DNA of 64,000 nucleotides from Neocallimastix sp. 'constans' (taxonomy: Eukaryota): assembly GCA_050613775.1 (NCBI GenBank), contig JBODTK010000014.1, forward strand, positions 992,001 through 1,056,000. Direction: 5' to 3'. Positions 48,935 through 62,032 of the stretch are shown piece by piece; position 1 is the stretch's first letter; each line of letters begins with the position of its first letter. A program made the translations under genes and the position numbers. The notes beneath the pieces were generated by a model, which saw nothing but the letters and a program-made list of their open reading frames with translations, made no database searches and was not told the origin of the DNA.

Positions 48935-50301
48935 AGGGCGAGATTGTAAAGATATGATCAATATCTTTAGTACATTAATTAATTTATTTTGTACATTAAA
49001 TTATTTAATGTAATTCACGTTTACAAAATAATGCTAATGCATTAAATTATGTAAAATATATTAATTTATGAAATTAATTGATTTATGAAAATTAATAATA
49101 AATTTATATTTCATATAATATATAAATTTAAAAATATAAAATTAATTTTTAAATAACCTAAAATTTAGTAATAAAATATATTAATAATTTTAGTTTAGTT
49201 TAATTTTAATTTAGTTTAATTTTAGTTTAGTTTAATTTTAGTTTAGTTTAATAATCATAAAAATTAAATAGTAATATATAATTAATAGTATTAATAATAA
49301 AAGAATAATAAATAAATAATAAATAAGAACTTATTCAATTTGAGTCAAAACAAATTGAATAAAAAGCTTATTGAATTAGTTTTAGTTTTTTATAACTTTA
49401 TTTAATTTTAGATTAATTTTTGTTTATTTTATATTGAATATATATTTAAATAAATAGAAATAGTATATTATAATATAATTAAGAAAAAATATAAATACAT
49501 GTAAAATTATTCTATTAAAGAAAATGTAGTTGTTATTAACTATTTTGCAGTTAATAACTAATAAAAAGAATTTTTATAATAAAGTGATTAATAAAAGAAT
49601 TTTTTTTAAAAATAAATTTCATTTGAGTATTGTTATTGATAGTGTTGTTTTTTTTTTTTTTTTTCGTAATTGTAATCTGCTCCATAAGGAACATTTTACA
49701 CTTATATTAGCAATATTAATAATAAATCTTATTTTTTTATTATTATATTAATAATGAAAATTTGTATTAATAATATTTTTATTTATTGATAATTAAAATT
49801 TATATATTATATTTTTAACTTTTATTATAAAATTTTATATCAAAATGTTTTATTTTATATTGAAAAATTTTTTATTTTATTAAAAACCTTTATATTAGAA
49901 TAGTATTTTTATTTGAATATTTTAACAGATTTTAATAATAGTTATAGCCAATTAAATAAATTCTTATTAGTAATATTTTAGATAGATTTTTCTTATAAAA
50001 AAAAATGTTTTATTAATATTATAAATGTATTTTATTTATATTGTTATAATTAAATTTTATATAATTGATTAAAAAATCAATTTAAATTTAATAGTTTTTA
50101 TAAAAAAAATAAAATGTAATAATATAAAATTTAGTGGCAAGAACAACTTTTATGCCCTAAAAAAAAAAAAAGTATAAATAGTTGTAAATTTTGCTACCAA
50201 TTTTTAGAAAATCATCATAAAAATAAAGAATTAATATATAAAAAAAATCTTTGTATTTATTATTGTTTTCTATTTAATTTCTCATAACCTTAACATGTTT
50301 G

Positions 50302-51000
50302 TGTAAGAATCTATAATTGTTTTTAACAACATAATTATATTTTCTTAGTTAAGTTATAATAATATAACTTTATTTAAATAATATTACTTTCGTACACTTA
50401 ATTATAATTAATACTTTATTTAATATTATATTAAATATTTATTTAATTTAGTATTAGAAAATTATTTAGATAAATAGTTTTTATATATTTAAATAATAAT
50501 AATAATTTATTTAATCATTCATTTAGATATCAAATTTATTAGTTTAGTAATTTAGTTAAATTAAACTATGTAACTAAAACGTTTCTCTATATTGTATAAT
50601 GTATTCTGTATTTTATAATGTATCTTATATTTTGTTTAATACATAATTTAATATTATTTATATATTGTTTTCCATATATGTAAATTCATATTTATTTGAT
50701 CGAAATATCTTTTATTCTTATTCTTTTATTTTCGATCATTAGATTAGATTAACCAATCGGTTAATTAAGGTTTTTCTAATTTCTTTATGGAAGTAATTGG
50801 TTTTACTTAATTAATACGATGATCGATATGGATAGAATATCGATCAAAAGCTTATCTAGGTTTTTCTATCTAATCTTTTCCTAGATAAGAGATTTGTTAA
50901 GATTAGATAACACTTTTTTAATTATCCTTATTTTTTCAAAAAGTATAAATAAAGTTCTTGAGTTCTCTTTGAGAAATCAAGAGTTATTATTAAATTTAAA
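50302..51000 (+). mobile_element. LTR family F, 3'-truncated; followed by diverged H-like sequence to ~51555
   Basis: TGTAAGAA start; core 50755-50990. Confidence 0.75.
50755..50909 (+). ncRNA. Candidate cis-acting structured RNA in LTR F (ENE-like loop, hairpin, pseudoknot); representative of 8 copies
   Basis: Compensatory base changes between copies; see findings. Confidence 0.7.
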
Positions 51001-51559
51001 ATAAAATAATTAATTTTTATAATTAGTTTTATAATAATTTTTATAATTAATTTTATAATTAAATAATAATTTTATAATAACAAAATTAATTAATTTAAAT
51101 AACAAAATATTTTTAATTATTTTTATAATATACAAATTTATTTATTTTATTATTAAATATTTATTTTATTATTAATATTATTACTTTTATTATTAATATT
51201 ATTACTTATTTTATTTAATTGTTCTTTTTATTTATAAATTATAAATAGTTTAATTTTAAAGAAAAATATAAATACTTGTAAATATTTCATGTAAATATTA
51301 TTATTATTATTATTATTAAATAATTAATTTTATAGTTTTAATAATCACTTTTAATTTTTATAATGTTTAATAAATTTTAATAAAGATTTAAAATTAATTA
51401 TTAGAAAACATGTGTTCTAATAAACCAAATTTTTAGTGTTATTTTAATAAAACATTTTTAATTCGTAAATAACTTATACAGTTATTATTTAAATAAATTG
51501 AAATTATCACTTTTTAATTCTATATTAAAATTATAATAATTTCTAAAATTTATCAAGAA

Positions 51560-52449
51560 TGATACGGGATGTCACTAAATACCTTGTATTTCCTATTAAA
51601 TACTCTTAATAATTATATAATAAATATTATAATTAAATATTCTTATTAATTTCTTTTATTGATATCAAATATAATAAAAATTATTATTAATTATTCTTTT
51701 ATTAATATCAAATATAATAAAAATTATTATTAAATATTTTAATAAAAATCTTTTATTAATATTAAATATAATAAAAATTATTACTAAATATTCTTATTAA
51801 AAATTATATATAATTTAAATCATTACTAATTCTTATTTTTATATCAAGTATAATAAAAACCTATTTCAATAAATATTTGATATAAAATACAGAATTATAA
51901 GTTTCTGTATAATATTTTCTAAACCTTTGAAATAAACTAAAAATAAAACAAAAATCAAAATAAATTAAATCTTTATTAAAATAAAAATGAACTAAAATAC
52001 AGAAGAATTTCAATAATTAAAATGATCTAAAATACAGAAAATATCAATTCTGTGTAATTCTCTCTCTGAAAACAATATCAAAAAGAAGCTACCGCCCGGA
52101 ATGCCCTTCGTGATACAATCTCTAAATTAATTTTTATATTTTAATTTAATAAATGTTATTTTTTATTAAAATAATTTAAAATAATAGTTAAAAATTAAAA
52201 TAAAATAGTTATAATAGTTTTTTTTATAAATAATATATTAATAATAAATAAAATGTATTAAAATAAAAGTATAAAGAATAATAAATTTCTTTCTTTTTAA
52301 TACTTGGAACAAATAATTTTAATTTTAATTTTAAATAAAGAATATTTTAAAAATTAATTTTTTTTTTGTTTCCAAATTCATTTTTTGTGTGTTAATATTT
52401 ATTTTTTTATGTTTTGAATATCTTAGTGTTTCAACCCCAGCCTGTATCA
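51560..52449 (+). mobile_element. Solo LTR family A
   Basis: TGATACGGG...CCTGTATCA; TSD AGAA. Confidence 0.92.
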
Positions 52450-55400
52450 AGAAATCATAATTATTCAATAATGAATAATTAATATTTCTTATAATTAATG
52501 AAAAATCATTAATAATTTATAATTATTTATAAAATAATAATTATTTTTTCAAAAAAAATATTTATTTAAATAATAATTAATATATTCATTGATTTTAACT
52601 TATAAATTTATTTAATAGTTATATTTTCATATATTGATCTGAATTTATTTACATATTATAATTTATAAATTTATATAAATAATATAAAATTTATTTACTT
52701 ATTATTATTGTTCATTTAAATAGAATTTTTACAAAAGATTATGTAAATTTGTATTTAATATGTGAAAAGTATAAATCTCTTTTTTTATTATATAAGAATA
52801 AAGAATAGTATGTGTACATAATTTTATACTTTTTTATGGTATTTATAGTAAACATAATATGTAGCTTTTTGTTACTATTGGTCACATATCTTACACTAAT
52901 ATATTAATTTATGTAACATTACTCCTTTAATTAATATAACTATCTTTATATTTTTGTTTCTAACATTCCCCCTCAAATCTAACTTTGGATGAAAGTTAGA
53001 GTTGAAGAGAAATATTGCAAATGTATTACTATATAAAATAATATTTTATTTTTAATAATAATAATAATACAAATAACATATTATAAAGTACATGAAAAAG
53101 ATTTATTTTATTTTTATTTGTAAACTAAAGAAATTATTTTTATATATTTTAGATTCTAACGTTTCCCCTTACTTTTAAATTGGATTTATGAAAATTTTTA
53201 TTTGATTTACAAATAACTCATTATTCTTTTTTATTTAAGATGTTTAGAATAAATATTATTTACAGTAATACATTTTTCATTATTTTTACTCTTTTTTTTT
53301 TTTAACGAATAATTATGAATATTTGGAGAATAATGAATAATTCAAATAATATATTTTAAATTATTTTATATAGATTATCTAAATGTAATCTTCCCTATTA
53401 TTGTTATTGATGTATATATTTACAGGTTTCGAGATTTAACAAAAATTAGATTAATAAATTAATAAATGGTAAATTAGATTTTTATAAATATATATATATT
53501 ATTAATAATATAATTTTTATGAAAAAATTTTAAATTGTCATTAAAATTGATGGATTGGATTAAATATTATTGATTAAAGTTTAGCAAAAATAATGAAATT
53601 TATATTATTGATTGAATTTAATTTAATTTTAATTTAATAAATCATTAATATTATTTTTAATAAATTGATATAATTGGACATTTTAAAATTATTATAAATT
53701 AAAATTTGAAATGTATTAAATAAAAATGTTATAATATATTAAAATTTTATTGAATATAAAGTTTTTTTTTTTTTTAAATTAATTTCTCTGATACTTTAAT
53801 TTTAATTTATTTCTTGAACATTATTTGTTAAAATTTTAGTGTAAAACTTTAATTATTAAAATTTCTATTATTATATTATCTGTGGATTGTTTCTAGTTTC
53901 AACGTTAATTATTTGTTAATTTTTCTTGATGGTATTTTATTGTATATTAAAAATTAAGTTAATTCATAATATATGTATATTATATCTTTTATATTATTTT
54001 GAATTGTATAATGTCAGAACGGATTTTGTGTGTGAAGATATATTATTTAATATTTAATAATTTTATAATTTTATTAATTATATATTTATTTATATTAAAA
54101 ATAAATTATATTTATATTATATATTAATGTTAATATTAATTTTTATAAATCATTTTTCTTTGTCTCTTTTTCAATTAGTTATTAATTTTTTTATTTTATG
54201 TGTTTCATTAATATTTAGTTAATAATAGTTATTATTAATTAACTTGAATAAACAGATTATTTGTAATTGATAATTCTTAGTCTTAATAACTTAAAATGAC
54301 TATTATTTTAAATTTAATTATTTAAAACTTCACTAGTTAGATTATTATTTTTATTTTTATTTTCTATTATTTTCAATTTAGTTAATCTAGTTGACAATCA
54401 TTTTATAGTTAATTATTTACATCTTAGATAAAATAATCAACAATTATTTTTATTTTTATTGTTAATCAACCTAGTGTAAAGAGACTTAGTCTGATTGGGA
54501 TACGTATACAAGGTTACACAGACTAAAGATTAGAATAACTAGGTTAGAAAAATTTTTGCTGTGTATTTTATTTGTTATTTGGTTAGGGTTCTTTTATTAT
54601 TAAAACAAGATAATTATTTTATGAATCAATAGATTATTTAATTAGAATATAATTTCATTTATTATTTATTGATATAAAAGTTTAATAATAAAAAGTACAA
54701 CACAATTTTTATAAAATAAAAAGTCTTAATTATATTTTCTATAATAAAATTTTCAATTAAAGATAAATTGTCAGAGAAAATTTGTCAATAATCTTTTTCA
54801 AAGATTAATTTAAAATAAAAACTAAACTATTTATATTTTTCCTAAACTATGTTTACATGGCTTATAAAATTTTTATATTTTATTTCTATTATTAATTCCT
54901 AATCTAAATAAATTTTTATTTTAATTATTTAATAATAAATTGGATCCCTTGTTTATTTTGTTTTAAGTTTTCTTTAATATTATCTAGATAATTATAAAAA
55001 TAAAATATTAATTATTTTGTAATTAATTTCCTAATCTAATAAGGGTATATTTTATATTTGATGTTATTTATATTTTAATAATTAAATTATAATAAAATAA
55101 TTATAAAAAATTCTAGTTAATTTTAACACCCTTAAACTTTAAATGTAAATATCTCGACATCTAGGAGGCTTTGAGACCTCGTATGATGACGAAATTATTT
55201 CTCTCTTCGCAACCTATCGGTTGCGCCTATTTTTAACCCTCCATCGCTATGGACTTTTAAAGTCAAGGCCCATTTTTTATTAAGTTTATTTATTTATTTT
55301 ATTAATTTAATATATTCGTTTTTAAACGAATATTTTACTTTAAAGTTTTAATTTATTATAATTTCTTATTTATTATTTTCTAATTGTGAAATTACTAATT

Positions 55401-56803
55401 TCAATAAAAGTAATTTCAAATTTTATTTTAATTTCATTTTTCTTATTTTTACACCTAGCTAGTTGACAGTTATTTTTATTTCATTATCAATTATTCACAA
55501 CTTAGCTAGTTGACATTTATTTTTTATTTTCATTTCTCAACTTAGAGATAGATTAGTTGACTATTATTTTATTTTAATATTTTCTTTTTATCTAATTATA
55601 TGTATATGTATTTATATCATTTTTTTATTTTTAGAAAATTAATAATAACTATGACCTATTACAATATAAGCATTTTATTTTAAATTTTATATCCTTAACA
55701 TTCTCACAATTGTTCTGTAATATTTTCTTATCGATAATGGTTATTACGTTTTGTTTCTATAACAAATTTTATAAAAATAATAAAAATATATTTTTATTAG
55801 TTTGATTATTAATGATAAAATGATTTTATATTTTATATATTTCAACTTAGTTTTATTGATAGCTCAACTGAAGAGTTGAGACTCTTAATCTGTGAAAAGT
55901 ATAAATCTCTTTTTTTATTATATAAGAATAAAGAATAGTATGTGTACATAATTTTATACTTTTTTATGGTATTTATAGTAAACATAATATGTGGCTTTTT
56001 ATTACTATTGGTCACATATCTTACACTAATATATTAATTTATATTACATTACTCCTTTAATTAATATAACTATAAATCTTTATATTTTTGTTTCTAACAT
56101 AATATTTTACCATAAAATTATTAGTTATTTTAATTAAAATGAATTATGTATTTTATAATGTATTATAAACTATAAATGTATCTAATATATCATATTATTT
56201 AATCTTTATTTTTTAAATAAAAAAAAAATCTTTTTTTTTATTAATTTCTATATTATCAATATTTAATATTTTAATAATTAATTAGAAAATCTGTAATTAA
56301 TGTTTTTCCTAACAAATAGATTTTCTTTAATTATACGATGATCAATATGATTAGAATATTGATCGAAAAACTATTTAGGTTTTTCTTCTAATCTTTTCCT
56401 AAATAGATTTTTTGTTAAAATTAGAAAATAAATTTATTTAACTGATTGATTTTTTTTAAAAAGTATAAATAGGACTCTTGAATTCTCTTTGAGAAATCAA
56501 GAGTTATTATTTTAAGAAAATATAATAAATAATAACTAACAAAATAAAATTTTATATTTATTAATCAAAAAAAAATATTTATTAATCATAAAAGTTTTTT
56601 TTTATTTTAAAAATATTTCCAACTACTAATCTATGGTTGCTGAATTATTGTTTATTATATTTACTTATAATAAACTCTACATAATTAAGTATAATTTTAA
56701 TTTTTTTTAATTTTTATTGACTCAATTAATATTATGAAAAAATAATATTAAAATTGTAGATAATAGTTATATTAATTAATTTAAGTTTAGTATAGCTATT
56801 ACA
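52450..56803 (+). mobile_element. Diverged LTR family F, host of the non-coding Copia; left end uncertain
   Basis: Core ~56290-56510; ends CTATTACA. Confidence 0.6.
52761..56099 (-). mobile_element. Non-autonomous Copia-type LTR element (no ORF of 60 aa or more)
   Basis: LTRs 52761-52965 and 55891-56099; TSD TAATA; PPT TGAGGGGGAA; PBS 55877-55890 as in Copia-1 and Copia-2. Confidence 0.92.
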
Positions 56804-56806
56804 TGT

Positions 56807-57722
56807 TGTTAAAGAAGAAACAAATATTGTTAATTTGGTCTCAAATTTAACAAATAACTTAACCACAAATTAAACTATTTGCCTTCCTTATTGTATGGAA
56901 TTTTCTTATATTCTATTATAAATTAAAATCAAATTATTTCTTAGTAAATAATATATTACTTATATAAAATAAATTCTTATTAATATATTTCTTATTTAAA
57001 ATTATTATATTATTATTGAAATGTTAACAAATTATCAATATATTTTTTTTAATATTTTTATTTTATCAATTTATTATTGTCAAGTTATATTAAAAATCTA
57101 GATAGTTTTTCTTTAACCAATAGTTACTCATTGTATTAATAATAAAAATTAATTTCTAAATAATATTACTATTACATAATAATACAAAAAAATAAAATTT
57201 ATATTATTAATATATGTTTATTATAATCCATAATGTTATATTTTTAAGAATTAATTATAATAATTATATTAAGTAATTTAAAATTAATATTATTTTACAT
57301 ATAAATGAAGGATTTAGTAAGTTATAATTACTAAACCACATTATTTAATTCTGCAAAATTGATAAAATTATGCTTTAAATATATTAATATTACATTAATA
57401 ATTATTAGGATAAATTTTTATATATTTTAGAAACACTTAAAATTAATATAAATTTATTAGATATAATTTAAAAATTACAATTATTATTAAAAGAAATTAA
57501 AGATAAGAAATGGCTTTCCCATTTCCAATTAATTGTAAAAGTATAAAAGGAGATAGTTTAGGAAATAAAAAAAAATATAATTATCATGTAATAAATTATT
57601 ATAAATAAATTTTAATAAAGATTTTTAATAAAACAAAATTTTTCTTTTATTTTTATTTTTATTATTTTTTTAATTTATTTATAATTTTTGAATAATTTTT
57701 ATAAAAACCCCGAACCAAACCA
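56807..57722 (+). mobile_element. Solo LTR family N
   Basis: Matches 6840-7746. Confidence 0.88.
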
Positions 57723-57770
57723 TTGTTCATTAATTATTGATAATTATAAAATTGTAACGATATCAGCATC

Positions 57771-58637
57771 TGTAAGAAATTAGACTTATTGTTATAAGTC
57801 TATATTTCTTAATCCTTAATAATTATAAAATAATTATTAAGTTTACTTAATTTTATAATTAATTAATTATTAATAATGTTACAAATTTTATTAAATTATA
57901 TATTAAAATTTATTAAATACATTTTGTATTTATTTTGTATGTATTTCTTTATTCGTTTCTGTATCTATTTTTGCATTTTTCTTAATTTTATTTATAAGTT
58001 AATTCGGTTAAATTGTTATATTTTTCTTAATTTTATTTAAAAGTTAATTCGGTTAAATTGTTAAAGTGTGAATTAATTTAACCGTTTAACTTACGTAATT
58101 TAGAACATCGGTTATTAAGGTTTTTCCATAAAAGTGGTTATACTTAATAATACGATAAACAATAAGTATAGATTATTGAAATCTTTCTAGGTTTTTCTAC
58201 TAATCTTTTCCTAGAAAGTATTTTGTTAAGATTAGAAAATTCTTTATTTCTTTATTTTAAAATATAAAAAGGTTTCTTGAGTTTCCTTTCAAAAATCAAG
58301 AGTTATTATTATAAGAAATTGTAATAATAATAAAAAATACTCATAATTTTTTTAATAGAATATTTAAATTTCAAATAAAAAATTTATAATAATTTCTAAA
58401 TAAGATTTATGATATAAATCTAAAATATTTAATAATAAAACATATTAATAGTTATGATAAAACATATTTTTATTACTCCCCTCACACTTAGTGTTTTAAG
58501 TTTATTATAGTTTCTTATAATAAACTCTCTTTTATAAGTTAAGTATTTAAACTTTATTTTATTTTGTTTTAATTAATATTAATAGTTAATTAATATTAAT
58601 AGATAATAATTTCTATATTTTTGTAGAAATTGTTACA
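57771..58637 (+). mobile_element. Solo LTR family F
   Basis: TGTAA...TTACA; perfect TSD GCATC; core ~58105-58310. Confidence 0.88.
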
Positions 58638-58643
58638 GCATCG

Positions 58644-59145
58644 TGATACGTGATATTTATTAAACATCAATATCAATATTTATTTTATTTTATTTGGACG
58701 ATAACAGTAGGGAATAATTGACAAAATAATATATTCTAATATTATATAGAATAATACACACAATAATAATATTCACTCTTTAATATTAATTTATTTATTT
58801 TATTTATTTATTATCATTCATCAATAAAAATTCATCATTAATATAAATATTTGTTAACTAGTTAAAATATAATTAAATCATTCAATAAAATATAATTAAT
58901 TACTAAAATCTCTTATGTTATTAATGTAAACTAAATATAAAACTACACTAAACTATACTAATAAACATGTTTATAGGTTAAATTATTAATAAAACTAAAT
59001 TAATATTAATAAAAGAATCATTCTTTAAACTATTATTATTAACTATATATAATATTACTAAATTATTATTAACCAATAAGATTTCATCAAATAATTTCTA
59101 ACCTAAATTTCACTAAATTATGGTATTTATGGTGGTACCGTATCA
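58644..59145. mobile_element. Solo LTR family I, inverted relative to 16603
   Basis: TGATACG...CGTATCA; flanks ATCG/ATCT. Confidence 0.7.
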
Positions 59146-59148
59146 ATC

Positions 59149-59392
59149 TGTAAGAATATATTAATTTATTAACATGTAAAAAATATATTAATTTATTCAA
59201 ATTAATATATTGAAAAATAATGTAAACAAATTTGTTGTAATGTATTAATTACTTAAAAATATTATTTATATTTTATTATTTTAATTAGTTGATAATTTAT
59301 AAGATTTTAGTAAAATCGGTTAATTAAATTTTTTCCCAATATTATTATGATTGAGTTTTTATTAATTAATACGATGATTAATATATTAGAAT
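59149..59392 (+). mobile_element. LTR family F 5' fragment
   Basis: TGTAAGAA start and degenerate AATCGGTTAATTAA...TACGATGAT core. Confidence 0.6.
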
Positions 59393-61492
59393 ATAATGAA
59401 ATAGTTTTAGTTATTTTAATTATAATTAAATATATATAGTTGATATTATTTATTATATTCATACTTATTATATAATTATATTCTTATATATTTAACTTTA
59501 TTATTCTTATTTTCATTTTTAAGAATTATATAGTTATATTTATTATATTTATTATTTTTAATATATATTAATTATATATTATATTATAATCCGATATATT
59601 ATATTTTAAATGTATATTTATTATTATTAATATTTGTTAAATTATTATAAAGATTTCTAATAACTACTCTTCTTTATAGTAATATGGAGAAGATCCTTGG
59701 GGGTTTATAAATTAAAATATAATAATAAAGGTTAATTAAATATAACGATACTATTAAAAATTAGTAGCACATAAAAGTCCCCATATCAAAAATTGGTGGA
59801 GATATCGGGGATGTGAAATAGTCTTGTTATATTGTTTTAAAAATTAAAGGATCAATTATACATATTAAATATTATATTTTATTGTTTTTGTTTATAATTG
59901 GTTATTGAGCTGAAATTGGTTATAATTAATAATAATAAATCATTAAAATAACACAAAACTAATTTAAATTATTAAAAAGGATATATAATTAGAGACAACT
60001 TGGAATTCGGACCAGGATAAAAACGAACAAGTCTTTAATTTTCCTTTATATTAAAATAAGATTAGTTATAATTGTTTAGTAATAATAATATTTTAGTTGA
60101 ATAGTAATAAAAATAAAATAATAAAAAATAAATATTTTGATATAGAATAAAAAAAATAATATAATTATTCTATATAGAGGATAATAATTATTTGTATATA
60201 ATATTAATAGAGTTAGCAATAACAAAATAAAAGAGTAGAGTAATAAATTATTATACAATAAAATTTATAAAAAAAAAATTAAAATAAAATAAGAGATTAG
60301 TTATATAAAAAAAAATACATATTTTCATATTTAATAATAACTAGGAATAGGATATAAAATAAAATAAAATAAATATAAAAAGTGTTATTGGTATTTATTA
60401 TTAATTATTAAACCAAAATGCAATAACGAATTAAAAAAATAAAAAAAATATTTAATTTTCTTTTATGAGAAGTAGTAGTAGTGAACATAATAGTAGCATT
60501 AATAGTAGTATTAACAACACCATGTCAGGTGTAGATACAAAGACTCTTCTAAGGATAGGTGGTCCTCGCAGAGACGCGAAGATCTGGCAGTTCCGAATCG
60601 AACAATGGTTTAAAAGAGAAGGGATAACTAACGACGAAGTTTAGTTATATTATCTCTTCTGCAGAAGATGATTTGGTACTAAAAATGAAGGAAAATGAAT
60701 TAGGCAAAACTCCCACAATAGATGAATGTGCTGAAGTTATTAAAAAGAAATATTTGCGAGAGAATAAAAAGGAAGATAAACTCAGACAGTTCAAACGTAT
60801 GACTATAGAGCCAAGAGAAACTTTCTACGATTTTGACTCAAGATATTTGAATTTATATGATTTATTAGAAAATGAAGACGAGCTTCAATTTCAGTCATTG
60901 ACTATGAGAATGCTCTTAGACCAAGGCAACAAATATATGAGAAAATAGCAATGGAAGAATACAAATCATTAGAGGATGCAGGTAGTCAAGCTGAAAAATA
61001 TGAAAACATTCTACAAGAATCTAATTTTTATAATAATAACAGTAATAAAAAGGAAAGAATGTATTCCAATAATTATAACAGAAATAATTATCATAATTCA
61101 TTCTCTAATAATAATGGTTATAATTATAACAATTCTTGGAATAGAACTAGTGGTAGAAACTCTAGAAACTCTAGGAATACTCCCACGAATATACCTCCCA
61201 ATCCCATTCATAGAAATAATCATAATATGCTAAATAATTTTAATAATAATGGAATTAATAATCCATATAATATAAATATTAATTATTTAAATAATAGAAA
61301 CAATAATAATTATAAAATTAACAACAATCAAATACCTAATAATGATGGAATGGATGACTTGATAAATAGAATGCAGAGCTTACAAATTAAAACATGCTAT
61401 TTCTGTAACCAACCTGGCCATCTTATTAAGGATTATGCTGAATTAGCCAAAATTAAGCAAGATCCAAATTATATAAATTATTTTAATTCACA

Positions 61493-61526
61493 AAAAAACT
61501 GATTAATGGAAGAAGGCAAACTTCCA
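61493..61526 (+). promoter_or_regulatory. Putative -1 ribosomal frameshift signal
   Basis: A AAA AAC just before the gag stop, 7-nt spacer, stem TGGAAG/CTTCCA. Confidence 0.7.
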
Positions 61527-61773
61527 ATAATCAAATTGCCACTTCTCCAAATAACTGCAGCAACATGGAATAATAATTATGATGAAATTATTGCTACAGC
61601 AAAACGTAATAGAGATGAAAAATATGCATCTCTACCTAAGGCAAAAAGAAATTAAAAACAATAATAATATTAAAATAAATAATAACAATTACAATAACAA
61701 TATAAATGAAAACAACAATAACGATTTAAATATAAGTGATAATGTTAGCAACAATATCTCTTACAATTTATGA

Positions 61774-61839
61774 AATCGGAAAATTTTAAAACCAAATTTA
61801 AATATTATTATTTAAATTTGGTTTTAAAATTTTCCGATT
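61774..61839. repeat. Perfect 31-bp inverted repeat with 4-nt spacer
   Basis: AATCGGAAAATTTTAAAACCAAATTTAAATA and its reverse complement. Confidence 0.9.
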
Positions 61840-62000
61840 AATAATATTAAGAATAATATTGATATTATTATTTAAATTTGGTTAAAGGAAGCAATAATGA
61901 TAATGAAAATAATAACAATAATAATTATATTAATGAAAATATAATTAATAATAATCCAAGTAATTATATTATCAATAATGATACACCCAACTTTACTACA

Positions 62001-62032
<32 letters not shown>

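Larger units (their letters stand above)
42781..49700 (+). mobile_element. Ty3/Gypsy chromovirus (Tf1/sushi-like), full length
   Basis: LTRs 42781-43537 and 48945-49700 differing by about one substitution and a T-run length; TSD CTTAT; PPT ~48933-48944. Confidence 0.97.
42580..50295 (+). mobile_element. Putative solo LTR O (42580-42780 plus 49701-50295), host of the chromovirus
   Basis: TGATAAGAATG...CATAACCTTAACA; single copy. Confidence 0.6.

Noticed and set aside
53050..53175. Possible degenerate second LTR end plus PPT (TTCTAACGTTTCCCCTT)
   Set aside because: Similarity too short to support in AT-rich DNA
55860..55890. Possible tRNA-Lys gene
   Set aside because: Only D-arm and anticodon similarity, no T arm or acceptor stem, and it abuts an LTR, so it is a PBS
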